A DNA stretch of 64,000 nucleotides from Promethearchaeota archaeon. Lineage in GTDB: Archaea; Asgardarchaeota; Lokiarchaeia; Sigyniarchaeales; SOKP01. Positions within the stretch are counted from its first letter, which is position 1. Every line of letters begins with the position of its first letter. This document shows, one piece after another, positions 20,867 through 31,878 of the stretch. The stretch spans positions 29,733 through 93,732 of the forward strand of contig JALGVJ010000016.1 in assembly GCA_029838195.1 (NCBI GenBank), given 5' to 3'. The notes under the pieces were generated by a model. The model did not search any database, had not been told where the DNA came from, and was given only the letters and a program-made list of their open reading frames with translations. Position numbers and translations under genes: made by a program.

Positions 20867-21334
20867 GTAAAGTATTTGAATATTTTAGTTATTAAAATTA
20901 ATAATGGTTTTTCAGTTTTATTCCATGCCATCATATTTTTTGTTTACTCCAATGATCATTAACCGTACATGATTTAGGGAAAAAGAAAAGATCCTCAATT
21001 ATATTTAACAAGAGTAAAAATCTCGAAACAGGATTAAAGGGAATCAACAATTAATGATTCTCGGAAAATTTCAAACTAATTCTTAAAGGTGCTATTAGTG
21101 TAGAAAATTCTGCATTATTAAAACAAAGCAAATGGAAAATAACAACATTGATATAATTAATATTTCATTTAAAGATTCATCCAATAAAAAGAAAAGAAGT
21201 TGAATAATTCATGTGAAATTCTAGCAAAAATTTAATGGTTCAAATGTTTTCACGAAAAATAAAAATTTCCTAACTCCTTAATAGTATTCGATTCTTTTTC
21301 TAATTAATATCTCTTTAATTGGTTAAAAGATCCC

Positions 21335-22594
21335 ATGTCGAATCCACAAACTTTTATTGAATTAGACTATAAATATGGTGCAAATAATTATCATCCGCTT
21401 CCGGTCGTGCTTTCCAAGGCGAAAGGATGCTGGGTATGGGATGTTTCAGGTAAAAAATATTTAGATTTTCTTTCTGCTTATTCTTGTCAAAATTTAGGAC
21501 ATTGTCATCCCGAAATCATTGAAGCAATGATCAGCCAAGCACGGAGAGTAGCCGTGACTTCCAGAGCGTTCCATAATGATAAAATGGGGCCCTTCCTCAA
21601 AAAATTATGTGAAATCATGAAACCTCATGTCAATGATCCTGAAAATGTAGGAATAATGGCTTTACTCATGAATACTGGAACGGAAGCAGTTGAAACGGGT
21701 CTTAAAATTGCTCGTGCTTGGAGTTATATCCAAAAGAAAATTCCAAAAAATAAGGCTCAAATCATTGCCTGCGAAAATAATTTTCACGGACGCTCAATAA
21801 CTATTGTGAGCTTTAGCACGAACATGGAACATGGAAAATATTTTGATAATTTCGGACCATTTACGCCAGGATTTCACGTGATTAAATATGGAGATGCTAA
21901 TTCATTAGAAGTTAAAATCAATGAGCTAGGCGAAGAAAACGTGGCGGCTTTCATCTTAGAACCCCTGCAAGGAGAAGGAGGAGTAATCGTTCCGCCGAAA
22001 GGATATTTAAAAAAAATAAGGGAAATTTGCACGGCGCATGATATCTTATTAATAGCAGATGAAATTCAAACAGGGTTGGGTAGAACAGGCGCTCTGCTTG
22101 CTTGTGATCATGAAAATGTTCAGCCAGATATTTTGATCTTAGGTAAAGCTTTAGGGGGAGGCGTCTATCCGGTTTCAGCCGTAATGAGCAGTAAAAACAT
22201 AATGGGTCCTGAAATTATTAAACCTGGCACCCATGGTAGTACTTTTGGAGGAAATGCTCTGGCTTCTGCAATCGCAATAAAAGCCTTGGATTTATTACTC
22301 GAAAATAACTTAGCTGAACGAGCTAACAAGTTGGGATCTTATTTCTTGGATAAATTAAAAGAACTGCTTGCTTCTAAAAATACGGTAGTGCCCATAAAAG
22401 AAATAAGAGGAAAGGGATTATTAATTGGTATAGAACTTGAAGCACAAGCTCGTCCAATCGTGGAAGAGCTCATGAAAAGGGGTTTATTAGTAAAAGAAAC
22501 GCACGATACTATCATTCGATTTGCTCCTCCCTTAATTATCACGCGAGAAGAGATCGACCTAGCACTAAAAATCATTAAAGGAGTCTTATTATAA
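21335..22594 (+). CDS. rocD: Ornithine aminotransferase (class III PLP)
   Basis: YGANNYHPLPVV, LSAYS, TSRAF, NFHGRS, EPLQGEGG, DEIQTGLGRTG, LGKALGGG, HGSTFGGN. Confidence 0.93.
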   Translation: MSNPQTFIELDYKYGANNYHPLPVVLSKAKGCWVWDVSGKKYLDFLSAYSCQNLGHCHPEIIEAMISQARRVAVTSRAFHNDKMGPFLKKLCEIMKPHVNDPENVGIMALLMNTGTEAVETGLKIARAWSYIQKKIPKNKAQIIACENNFHGRSITIVSFSTNMEHGKYFDNFGPFTPGFHVIKYGDANSLEVKINELGEENVAAFILEPLQGEGGVIVPPKGYLKKIREICTAHDILLIADEIQTGLGRTGALLACDHENVQPDILILGKALGGGVYPVSAVMSSKNIMGPEIIKPGTHGSTFGGNALASAIAIKALDLLLENNLAERANKLGSYFLDKLKELLASKNTVVPIKEIRGKGLLIGIELEAQARPIVEELMKRGLLVKETHDTIIRFAPPLIITREEIDLALKIIKGVLL

Positions 22595-22615
22595 TAATAG
22601 TTATTTCTAAAATTT

Positions 22616-23131
22616 TTAACCTCCGGCTAATAATGGAAAGATCGCTACGACATCATTTTTTTTTAAAATATAGTCGGGCGAAATATGGGGTATCCCATTT
22701 ACCATGATTTTCACGTTCTCTTTATCTAAAGGAATATTATATTTCTTTAAAATAGTGTTTACCGTGCTTCCTTCTGGTACAAGCATGAATGCTTTTGGAG
22801 GCCCATATTTTTGTAAAGTAGCAAAGAATTTTACCGTGATGGGGATTGTGTTATTAGTAGCAATTTCGATAAAATTAAGTCCCATTCTACGAGGAAAAAT
22901 TCCGATTCTATCCCCATCCTTAATTTCTTTTCCGGGACCGCAATATTTTCCATTAACAAAAATATGACTAATTTCATTTTCGGTTATTCCAAATTCCTTG
23001 AGTACATCGCTTACGGTCTTTTTCTCATTTTTATCAATGTTAAATTTTAAAGGAGGGGTTTTTCTCTCTTTTTTTTCTTTTGCTTTTTCCAATAGATCTC
23101 CGTATAAATAAACTTGAAGTGGCATGTTCAT
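22616..23131 (-). CDS. Tandem beta-grasp (MoaD/ThiS/SAMP-like) protein ending in Gly-Gly
   Basis: Two repeats: IFVNG...KDGDRIGIFP and IMVNG...KKNDVVAIFPLLAGG. Confidence 0.85.
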   Translation of the reverse strand: MNMPLQVYLYGDLLEKAKEKKERKTPPLKFNIDKNEKKTVSDVLKEFGITENEISHIFVNGKYCGPGKEIKDGDRIGIFPRRMGLNFIEIATNNTIPITVKFFATLQKYGPPKAFMLVPEGSTVNTILKKYNIPLDKENVKIMVNGIPHISPDYILKKNDVVAIFPLLAGG

Positions 23132-23361
23132 GTATAAAACTGCAAATTTTTAATAAAAATTTACCGATTATATTAAATAAACTTAAATTAATGATTATTT
23201 CCTAATTCCTAATATATAAAAATCACGGCAATATTATTAGCATTAGATTCATCATCATGAAAATTACCGCATCCCATTTTTTTAATTATAATCACGTTAT
23301 ACTGATGGCAAGTACCGTGATCGCATGATGATTAATAAAATAAAATAGAGGTGGTTTTATC

Positions 23362-23805
23362 ATGGAAGAAAAAGCTGAAATGTTAGTAAAAGAAACAAAA
23401 ATATTAAATATCGCCCGCTTAGCAAAAATGTTAGTGGATCTATTTGGATTAGAAGAACCCTTTAGAAAAGTTGGCAAGAGAGAGGGACAAGAGATAGAAA
23501 TGTTCATGCCCGCTTTAAATGGATATATTACCTTTATTTTGAGTTCAGATAAAGAAAATTTCGATTGTAAGGCTACTCCAGCAAATAATCCCGTTTCCAA
23601 AATTATTATTAACGTGAAAGAAGAAAAGATCTTAACGATCTTAAGTAACATCATCCGTTCAAAAAATAACATGATTGGATTAATTAAATTGTTAAAATAT
23701 CTTCTCCCAGGAAGGATAAAAGTGAAAGGGTCCTTTATCGCAGCCATTAAACTCGTTAGATGTTTGATGATTGGTACAAATCCAATTTATAAAGAAAAAT
23801 GGTGA
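23362..23805 (+). CDS. SCP2 (sterol carrier protein 2)-like protein
   Basis: C-terminal LLKYLLPGRIKVKGSFIAAIKL, matching the SCP2 G[KR][IL]KVKG pattern. Confidence 0.6.
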   Translation: MEEKAEMLVKETKILNIARLAKMLVDLFGLEEPFRKVGKREGQEIEMFMPALNGYITFILSSDKENFDCKATPANNPVSKIIINVKEEKILTILSNIIRSKNNMIGLIKLLKYLLPGRIKVKGSFIAAIKLVRCLMIGTNPIYKEKW

Positions 23806-24976
23806 GGTAAGACATGTCATGGATTTTGAAAATGATCCCTTTTTGAAGATTGCGGATGGAATTCAAGAGTTTAACCCCTACTTGAATGAAGGGCAAACAA
23901 ATTATCATAAAAAAATTATTGGATATTATTGTACTTACATTCCGGAAGAAATTATTCATGCGGCAGGTCTACTCCCCTTCAGGATTCGTGCGACGGGTCA
24001 TGATTCAACAGAATTAGGGGATATCTACATGGTTAGATTTACATGCTCTTTTGTTCGAGCCACCTTAGATTTAGCATTACGAGGTAAATATGATTTTCTT
24101 GATGGACTTGCAATCTGTAATTCGTGCGATCACTCTAGAAGGATGTTCGAATTGTTTGATTTAAAAGTATTTAACCGAAAAGATTTTAAGAAAAAAGTGC
24201 CCAGGTTCTATATATCCATGCCTCACGTGATTACTGATGAAGGTTTTGAATGGCTTAAATCAGAAATCGAAGAATTCAAAAATTCCTTAGAATCCACGCA
24301 TGAGATCAAGATAAGTAATGAAGATCTCATCAATTCAATAAAACTTTATAATGAAAATCGAAAAATATTAAGGCAAATTCATGAACTCAGGATTTTAGAT
24401 ACTCCGAAATTAAACGGAACAAATGCATTACGCTTGTTCATGGCAAATAACTCCATTCCAAAAGAACGGGCAAATCAAGAACTATCAAGGATACTAAGAG
24501 AATTAAAAAATGAGGAAGGAATCTCCCATGTAAAAAAGAGAATCCTTCTTGTGGGAAGCGTAGTTGACGATGTGAACTTCATCAAGTTAATCGAAGAGGC
24601 GGGGGCCACCGTGGTATCGGATTTCCTATGCTTCGGAACCAGAAATTTCATGGATGACATTAAATTAAACAATAAAAACAACCCCTTGGAAGATATTTCA
24701 AGACGATTATATTACCGCCTTTCTTGCCCTCGCATGATGGACGATCACGAGCGAAGATTGAAGTTTATTCAACAAGAAATAAAGAGAGCCAAAATTGATG
24801 GCGTAATATTACAAAGAATTAATAATTGCGATTTACACGGATGCGATAATATGTTATTTGAACACGAACTCAAGAAACTGGAAATTCCTGTTATCAATAT
24901 TGACCGAGAGTTCTTTCAAGCCGATACAACACGATTGCAAACCAGAATTGAAGCTTTCTTAGAAATGATTACTTGA
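23771..24976 (+). CDS. 2-hydroxyacyl-CoA dehydratase / benzoyl-CoA reductase-type subunit (HgdB/BcrC-like); true start probably ATG near 23819
   Basis: GYYCTYIPEEIIHAAG, CSFVR, NSCDHSRR, CFGTR, SCPR, CDLHG, TRIEAFLEM. Confidence 0.88.
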   Translation: MVQIQFIKKNGEVRHVMDFENDPFLKIADGIQEFNPYLNEGQTNYHKKIIGYYCTYIPEEIIHAAGLLPFRIRATGHDSTELGDIYMVRFTCSFVRATLDLALRGKYDFLDGLAICNSCDHSRRMFELFDLKVFNRKDFKKKVPRFYISMPHVITDEGFEWLKSEIEEFKNSLESTHEIKISNEDLINSIKLYNENRKILRQIHELRILDTPKLNGTNALRLFMANNSIPKERANQELSRILRELKNEEGISHVKKRILLVGSVVDDVNFIKLIEEAGATVVSDFLCFGTRNFMDDIKLNNKNNPLEDISRRLYYRLSCPRMMDDHERRLKFIQQEIKRAKIDGVILQRINNCDLHGCDNMLFEHELKKLEIPVINIDREFFQADTTRLQTRIEAFLEMIT

Positions 24977-25039
24977 ATTTATGATTTTTTTAATATCCTA
25001 AAATGATAACATTCTCATAAAACAAAAAAGTACTTCATT

Positions 25040-26323
25040 ATGATTTTCAACCGAGAAAATAAAGCAATACCGTATAAAATGTTAATCAAAGCTTTATCTA
25101 CTACTAAAGAATTGGTAGAACGAATCTTACCCGAACATGGAATGCCTTCCCTAAGAATTGGATTGAAATATATTTTATCCTCCCTCAATAAAAATAAAGA
25201 AAAAATAAATAAAGGTAAACCCATCGTTGGTTATCACTTCGCATTTCCCGCAGAATTTCTCCGTTGTTTTGATTGCGTACCCATTTGTTTAGAAGGAGTA
25301 GGATATTTTTTATCCACGCTTTTGTTACACGGCGTGGAAAAATATTATGACCTTATTGCTGCATTCGGGCACCCATTTCACACTTGTACGGCTCAAAAGG
25401 GTGCCATGGGCATGACTCTGGATAATCTGTTTGAATTTGATGCAATCATCACGCCTAATAGCCCTTGTGATTCGACTTGTGCCTCCTATCCTTGGTTTAA
25501 ATATTATAAGAAATTCCCCATCGTTATTGCTGATATGCCCTTTGAATATAATGAAAAAGGGTATCGCTATTATGCTACTCAATTGAAATTGAGTCTTGAG
25601 AAACTCGGTCGCTTGATTGGACAAGAACCAGACCATGAAAAACTAAAAGAAGCTCTCCGCATCGAAAACGAAGTCCTAAAAATTAAATTAGAATTATTCG
25701 AGTTGATAAAATCAATACCAAGTCCGATAGAAAACATGTTTAATGCGGTTTCTGCAGGAAGTTCTATTTTAATTCCGGGTACCCATGAAAACCTTAATTT
25801 TTACCGAGACATGCTACAACTCGCTAAAATGCGGTATAAAAAGAAAATTCATCACGGAATTGAAGAAAAAATACGTACGATTTGGCCCTACATGCTCACT
25901 TTTTTCGACATCTCGTTATGTGAGTGGTTAGATCGTAAATTAGGAATGAGCGTACTATTTGATATTTTTAATTATACATTTAGCGATCCAATTAATCTTT
26001 CCGGGAACTTGAATGAAATTTATTACGGAATGGCCAAAAAAGCAATGCAAATGCCGATGGTCAAACAATCGGGAGAATTTTTTTATACTTTTTTAGAAGA
26101 TTCGGTAAGACTCGCTAAAGAATTTAGTGCAGATTGCTTTATCTTCACCCAGAGCCTTGCTTGCAAGCAATTCGGAAGCGTCCCCCAATTATTAAGAGAA
26201 GTACTCAAGGAAGAGGTCGGTATTCCCATGCTAATCATAAATTTCGACGTGGGCGATGCCAGAGTAACCTCCATTAAAAAAATTAAAGAAACTATTACCC
26301 AATTTGTCCATACTTTATTGTAA
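25040..26323 (+). CDS. 2-hydroxyacyl-CoA dehydratase family subunit (HgdA-like), paralogue 1
   Basis: HTCTAQKG, SPCDST, ACKQ, GIPMLIINFDVGDAR. Confidence 0.82.
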   Translation: MIFNRENKAIPYKMLIKALSTTKELVERILPEHGMPSLRIGLKYILSSLNKNKEKINKGKPIVGYHFAFPAEFLRCFDCVPICLEGVGYFLSTLLLHGVEKYYDLIAAFGHPFHTCTAQKGAMGMTLDNLFEFDAIITPNSPCDSTCASYPWFKYYKKFPIVIADMPFEYNEKGYRYYATQLKLSLEKLGRLIGQEPDHEKLKEALRIENEVLKIKLELFELIKSIPSPIENMFNAVSAGSSILIPGTHENLNFYRDMLQLAKMRYKKKIHHGIEEKIRTIWPYMLTFFDISLCEWLDRKLGMSVLFDIFNYTFSDPINLSGNLNEIYYGMAKKAMQMPMVKQSGEFFYTFLEDSVRLAKEFSADCFIFTQSLACKQFGSVPQLLREVLKEEVGIPMLIINFDVGDARVTSIKKIKETITQFVHTLL

Positions 26324-26363
26324 ATACATTTTTTACTTGAAAAGTAGTTAAAGAATAAATAAA

Positions 26364-27674
26364 ATGAAAAAGAATGACCCTACAATGAGTAAAGAAAAAG
26401 CATTAGAAAATAGGATTATTCCCTATAAAATGCTATTAGAAGGGGTTTCTACCACTCATGCCCTTGTAGAGGGCATCTTACCCGAACATGGAATTCCTTC
26501 TTTAAAAATAGGCTTAGAAAACCTTATTTCATTGTTAAAAGACTTGATTCAAAAGGCGAAAGAGGGATTGCCGGTTATAGGGCATCATTTTTCCTTTCCA
26601 ACAGAATATTTATATTGTTTTGATTGTGTTCCCGTCTGTATTGAGGCTACTTCCTATTTAATGGCCGCCTTATTACCTAATGGCTCCGAACCATATTATG
26701 ACCTCATAACTTCTTACGGACATCCTTTTCATACGTGCACTTCACAGAAAGGCACCATGGGAATGACCATGGATGGCTTGTTCAAGTTTGATGCAATCAT
26801 TACGCCCACCGCTCCATGTGATAATACCTTTGCAAGTTATCCTTTTTTTAAGTTTCATGAAAATGTACCTCTCATCCTTCCAGATTTGCCATATCTAAAG
26901 GCCGAGAAAAGCATTCCTTACTATGCCGAACAACTTCGCCTAGGATTGGAAAAATTAGGAAAAATAATTGGTCAAGAACCTGATTATAATAAATTGAAAA
27001 AAGCAATTGAGATTCAAAATAAAGTTCATGAGTATCAAATGGAGCTTTTTGAATTAAAAAAAGTCATTCCTTGCCCCGTAGAAAACATGTTAAATCCCAT
27101 GGCCGCCGCTGCGGCAATTTTCATGGCCGGCCGGCCGGAAATCTTGACTTTTTATGAGAAAATGCTCGAAGTTGCCAAATATCGATATAACAACAAAATT
27201 TATCACGGAAATGAGGAAAAAATCCGATCTATTTGGCCTTACATGATTATTTTTTTTGATTTAGCCTTATGTGAATGGTTAAATCGTGAAATGGGCATGA
27301 GCATCCTTTTTGACATTTTTAATTATAACTTTAGCGATCCTATAAATATTAATTCAGATCTGGACAAATTATTTCATGGCATGGCAAGACACGGTCTTGA
27401 GGCGCCCATGGTAAAACAATCGGCAGAGTTTTATTATCCTTTCATTGAAGATTGCGTCCATTTAGCAAGAGATTTTTCCGTAGATTGTTTTATTTTTACC
27501 TCGCACGTGGGATGTAAGCAATTTGGATCGGTGGCACAACTATTAAGAGAAGCCTTAAAAGAAGAGGTCGGTATTCCTTTATTACTGATTGATGTGGATG
27601 TGGGAGATCGAAGATTTGCTTCCGAGAAGGTTATCCGGGAAAAAATTAAACTATTCATCCAAACCTTGCTATAG
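26364..27674 (+). CDS. 2-hydroxyacyl-CoA dehydratase family subunit (HgdA-like), paralogue 2
   Basis: Collinear paralogue of the upstream gene (IPYKML, LPEHG, GHPFHTC, PCDN, GCKQFGSV). Confidence 0.82.
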   Translation: MKKNDPTMSKEKALENRIIPYKMLLEGVSTTHALVEGILPEHGIPSLKIGLENLISLLKDLIQKAKEGLPVIGHHFSFPTEYLYCFDCVPVCIEATSYLMAALLPNGSEPYYDLITSYGHPFHTCTSQKGTMGMTMDGLFKFDAIITPTAPCDNTFASYPFFKFHENVPLILPDLPYLKAEKSIPYYAEQLRLGLEKLGKIIGQEPDYNKLKKAIEIQNKVHEYQMELFELKKVIPCPVENMLNPMAAAAAIFMAGRPEILTFYEKMLEVAKYRYNNKIYHGNEEKIRSIWPYMIIFFDLALCEWLNREMGMSILFDIFNYNFSDPININSDLDKLFHGMARHGLEAPMVKQSAEFYYPFIEDCVHLARDFSVDCFIFTSHVGCKQFGSVAQLLREALKEEVGIPLLLIDVDVGDRRFASEKVIREKIKLFIQTLL

Positions 27675-28128
27675 ATTGAACATGCGAACAATTTTAAATG
27701 GCTGATGTACCAAAAATTTCTTTATCTCACGCTCCTTTTTTTTAAAGTCCCCTTTTTAAAAAGCTTCTTGGTTACATTCAAAAAGCCAGAAAGCTTTTAG
27801 ATGTGCTTTTATTCTATATTAAGGTTAGAAACGGGAAAAAAAAGGTGAATTTAAAAAATGAATAGATCATTCCATGTCTCTAATCAAAAATTTGGCCAAT
27901 CTATATGGTAATAAAAATGCAAAGGAGAATTCAATCAAACTAGACGTCAGCAAGAAATATGCGATGATAAGAAATACAAGATTAACGAGAAGTAAAACGT
28001 GAAGGGATGAGGCAATTAAATTCCGAACAAGCATTAAAAAATGGGAGTTTTAACAAGCTCTTTCAAACTATAATACTGAAAAATAAAATTGCATAAAATT
28101 GAATTGCAATTTTTGATTTAAATTCACG

Positions 28129-29022
28129 ATGATGACTCAAATTGTTGAGCATGAAAACGGGAATATTATAGAATGGAAATGGGCTTCAGATAATGAATTA
28201 ATCCCCGCCCCATTTTTTACGTCAGTGTATTTTATTGATGGTATCTTGATTGATGCGGGAGCTCCCGGGGGGGTAAATGATTTTCGTGAATTCATTCAAT
28301 TAATTTTGAAAAGAGAAAATGGGACCATAAAAGCATGTGTAATAACGCATGCCCACGAAGATCATTGTGGAGGAGCTTGGTTATTACAAGAAGAATTTAA
28401 GATTCCCATCCTTGCTCACGAGCTTGCGATAGAAAAATTGGAAAAAGAATACACTTATCCGCAGTACCGTCAAATAACGTGGGGCAAAATGCGATTACCC
28501 GTAAAGAACGTGGAAATCCTCCCGGAGATTTTAACATCGAAATCCAAAAAATATACGTTTGAATTAATCCCCATGCCAGGACATGCACCTGAACAAGTAG
28601 CATTAATTGAAAAAAAAGCACAATGGGTATTTGTAGCAGACGCTATTCAACCTAAATATAAAATGTTATTTGGAGGAAATAGCGATATTCAAGAAGATAT
28701 CTCCATGATCTATGATTCTATTGAACGGCTCTATAACTATACTGCTAATTTGAATAAGCTAAAAATCTTCATGAGCCGTTCAGGAGTTCAAGAGGGAAGG
28801 GAATTTTTAAAGGAAAAATTAGATGAAATCAAAGCATTGCACCTAAAAGTCCATCAAGCGTGGGAAAAAGAAGCTAAACACAATATAAATCAAGAAAAAA
28901 TTTTGCGAAAGGTATTGAAAAATGTTTTTGGAAAAGAAACTATGGTTGAAAAATTATCCAATGGAGATTTATCCACCATGAATCTCGTTAAATCTTTATT
29001 AAAATGGGAATTAATGGAGTAA
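28129..29022 (+). CDS. MBL-fold metallo-hydrolase
   Basis: LIDAG, THAHEDHCGG, PGHAP, AD motif. Confidence 0.85.
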   Translation: MMTQIVEHENGNIIEWKWASDNELIPAPFFTSVYFIDGILIDAGAPGGVNDFREFIQLILKRENGTIKACVITHAHEDHCGGAWLLQEEFKIPILAHELAIEKLEKEYTYPQYRQITWGKMRLPVKNVEILPEILTSKSKKYTFELIPMPGHAPEQVALIEKKAQWVFVADAIQPKYKMLFGGNSDIQEDISMIYDSIERLYNYTANLNKLKIFMSRSGVQEGREFLKEKLDEIKALHLKVHQAWEKEAKHNINQEKILRKVLKNVFGKETMVEKLSNGDLSTMNLVKSLLKWELME

Positions 29023-29143
29023 GTTTTTTCCTCCTTTTCGATTTCATTTTTTTAAAAAAAGCAACAATCCGAAAGAGAGGTTTGAAATTAAAATATAAAG
29101 AATAAAAAATTATATCAAGAAATTCAAATCCTACTTCCTTTTT

Positions 29144-29272
29144 TCAGAGGGTTTGATCAATTTCTTCACGAGTTTCCTGAATTAAAAATTGAATGATCAA
29201 GGTAGTTGGAAATCCCAAAATAAAACCTACAATGAATCCTTGCATCCCAGCAAGGAAAAAGTAAAATCCTTG
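29144..29272 (-). pseudogene. Possible remnant of a membrane transporter C-terminus
   Basis: QGFYFFLAGMQGFIVGFILGFPTTLIIQFLIQETREEIDQTL*; hydrophobic helices followed by an MFS-like ET[RK] tail; no upstream continuation. Confidence 0.3.
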
Positions 29273-29663
29273 GTGAAACGGGCAAGATTTATCCCTCCTT
29301 CTTTTACATGATAAGATTCTTCTTTCTGCGAAGCTATCTTTCTTCTAATTTGAGATAGTATTTTAAGGTTCTTATCGTAAAGCGACTAGAAATAGAAGCC
29401 GGCCTACCCTCCATTTCTATTGCTATATTCTTCTCGATTTTTAAATATTTTTTCTATCTCTTTCATGTTAGATCATTGGAAAGTAATCTTAATAATATCA
29501 GTTGTCCTTATCAATTCATATTTTTTCAAATTTAGAGTCATTGGCAAGTATTAAAAGATTTAACCAAGTGCATGCTATAAAAGGGTCTCAATTATTAGCA
29601 AAACTATAAAAAATATAGAGTTTTTAACCATTCAATAAATAATACTTTATCTATTCAAATTGA

Positions 29664-30185
29664 ATGCCCATGAATGAAGAATTAAATTCACTTTCAAAAG
29701 AAGAATTGATTCAATATATTGAAGATCTTTCTAAAAACTGGTTAGCTATTGATGGAACGTGGTTCTTGGCTGCTGAGGAGAAATTTGGAATGGATATAGC
29801 AATTGAACTTGATACGAAATCGTGGGAACGATTCACGGTAATTGAAGCGGAAAGAATAATGAAACGGTTTCATGTTCCCAAAAATGGCGGAATTCCTGCC
29901 CTGATGAAAGCATTGAAATTTCGCGTGTATGCTAATATTAATAAACAAGAGATCATCGAGGTTTCAAAAAAGCAATGCATTTTTCGCATGATAGATTGCC
30001 GGGTGCAATCGACTCGTAAAAGAAAAGGATTACCTGACTTTCCATGTAAAAAAGTTGGATTGGTTGAGTATTCTCTTTTTGCAAAAACCATTGATCCTCG
30101 AATCGAGGTTAAATGCCTTGCGTGCCCTCCTGATGACCATCCCGAGAATTATTATTGTGCCTGGGAATTTAGTATAAAAGAATAG
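29664..30185 (+). CDS. DUF6125-like (V4R-related) protein
   Basis: NWLAIDGTWF, CRVQSTRKRKGLPDFPCK, CLACPPD...CAWEF. Confidence 0.75.
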   Translation: MPMNEELNSLSKEELIQYIEDLSKNWLAIDGTWFLAAEEKFGMDIAIELDTKSWERFTVIEAERIMKRFHVPKNGGIPALMKALKFRVYANINKQEIIEVSKKQCIFRMIDCRVQSTRKRKGLPDFPCKKVGLVEYSLFAKTIDPRIEVKCLACPPDDHPENYYCAWEFSIKE

Positions 30186-30306
30186 TCCTCCTCCTCAGTT
30201 TTAAAATCTAATCATTTATATTAATTGGAAAATCTATTTATACAAAAGAATTATTTAATAATTATTCAATTAATTTTAAACAATAAATTAAAAGAGAAAT
30301 AATATC

Positions 30307-31332
30307 ATGTTTGATCCATCAAATTGTTCGTCATGTTCTAATATTGATTGTTTAATGCGCTGCCAATGGATTAATTTTGAGAATATTGATGAAGCAAGAA
30401 CTGAAATGATGAAAATGATTAATGAAGAAGAATCAAGGGTACTGCAAGAATGCGTGACGTGCTTCGCCTGTGAAGAATATTGTCGAAAAGGCTCTCATCC
30501 TTTTGATTTGATTACCACCTTGCAAGAGAAATATGGATCCCTAAATATCAATCCAAAAATAGTTGATGCAACAGTAAATCGATATAAACCTCATGCGGAA
30601 TTGCGCTTGAAAGAAATTGATCCCAACAAACCTGTTTTAAATAAGTGTGCATTTGGAAGAACAAACGCTGAAAACATGAAAGGTAAGCTTTTTGATGAGC
30701 TTCAAGCTGTTGGGGGGTTATCTTATTTCTGTAATTTAGTATATCATCATTATGCTAAGGATTCTGTCATTAGAGAACGAGCCCCCATTATAGCGGAAAA
30801 TATTAAAAAGCAAGGAATAAAGGAAATGATCTGCTTCCATGATGAATGCTATGGATTTTATAACTCATATTTTCCAAGAAATAATATTCCCTTGCCGGAA
30901 GGGTTTAAACCCATCCATTTGTTTGAATATATCCGCGATTTCTTGAAAGCGCATGCAACCGAGATAACCAAACTTAACTTGAAAGTAGCATATCAGAGAC
31001 CCTGTTCAAATAGGTTTTCTCCTCATGTTGATAAGATCGTGGATGAAATCTGTGAACTGATTGGAGTAGAAAGAGTGGCACGAAAATATGACAGGGAAAA
31101 TGCTTTATGTTGTGCTGGAGTCCTTGCTACTCTTGGTAAAAGTAAATTAATGAGAACGACTCAAGATAAAAACATAAAAGACATGCTTGATCACGGTGCC
31201 GAGGCGGTTGCTTATAACTGTCCCATGTGTCTTGAATCTTTAGGCTCTAAAGTTAAGAGAAAGGGATTAAAAAATTATTTACTAAGTGATTTATGTCGAC
31301 TTGCTTTAGGGGAGAGCGTTCCGGATAGATGA
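30307..31332 (+). CDS. Fe-S protein with CCG (HdrB/D-like cysteine-rich) domain
   Basis: CVTCFACEEYC, YQRPC, ALCCAG, NCPMC. Confidence 0.82.
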   Translation: MFDPSNCSSCSNIDCLMRCQWINFENIDEARTEMMKMINEEESRVLQECVTCFACEEYCRKGSHPFDLITTLQEKYGSLNINPKIVDATVNRYKPHAELRLKEIDPNKPVLNKCAFGRTNAENMKGKLFDELQAVGGLSYFCNLVYHHYAKDSVIRERAPIIAENIKKQGIKEMICFHDECYGFYNSYFPRNNIPLPEGFKPIHLFEYIRDFLKAHATEITKLNLKVAYQRPCSNRFSPHVDKIVDEICELIGVERVARKYDRENALCCAGVLATLGKSKLMRTTQDKNIKDMLDHGAEAVAYNCPMCLESLGSKVKRKGLKNYLLSDLCRLALGESVPDR

Positions 31333-31464
31333 TTCTCTAAACCGGTATTTAATTAAATATTGATTTATAGAAAACGTTAAATAGTATCTTTTCTTGAAAA
31401 TACATGATAATCTTTTTTTAGATTAATTCTCATGAAATCTAAATGTTTAATAGAATAATTAAAG

Positions 31465-31878
31465 GTGAAATTAATGAATGAGGCAGACATAAGAAGTAAA
31501 ATATCCGCAAAAGAAGATGAGATAACTAAAGTAGAAGAGGCTGCCAATAAAAAGGAAACAGAAGCGGAAAATCAAATTAAAGGAGAATATGACCCTAAAA
31601 TCGACGAAACCTCGAAGAAACTTGCTGAGGAGCAAAAATTACTTGATGAGGCAATCCAAAATTTTAATCAATGGAAAGCAAAGATGGAAGAAAAGAAAGC
31701 GGTAGTTAAAAATTTAGAAAAAGAGTTAAAAACGCTCAAATCCACGAAAGATAAGGCTCTGAAAACAAAATTAAAAGAAATTCAAAAGGAAAAAAGCACG
31801 AATATCAAGGCGATTCAAAAAGAAATAAAAGCACTTCAGAAAGAGCTGGCAGCTTTACAGAAAGCTTCTCAAACATGA
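31465..31878 (+). CDS. Coiled-coil hypothetical protein
   Basis: K/E-rich heptad pattern along the whole length. Confidence 0.7.
   Translation: MKLMNEADIRSKISAKEDEITKVEEAANKKETEAENQIKGEYDPKIDETSKKLAEEQKLLDEAIQNFNQWKAKMEEKKAVVKNLEKELKTLKSTKDKALKTKLKEIQKEKSTNIKAIQKEIKALQKELAALQKASQT

Noticed and set aside
23771-27674. Plasmalogen synthase (PlsA/PlsR) or glycerol ester reductase assignment
   Set aside because: The activator ATPase and DUF2229-type domains required for those enzymes are not present.
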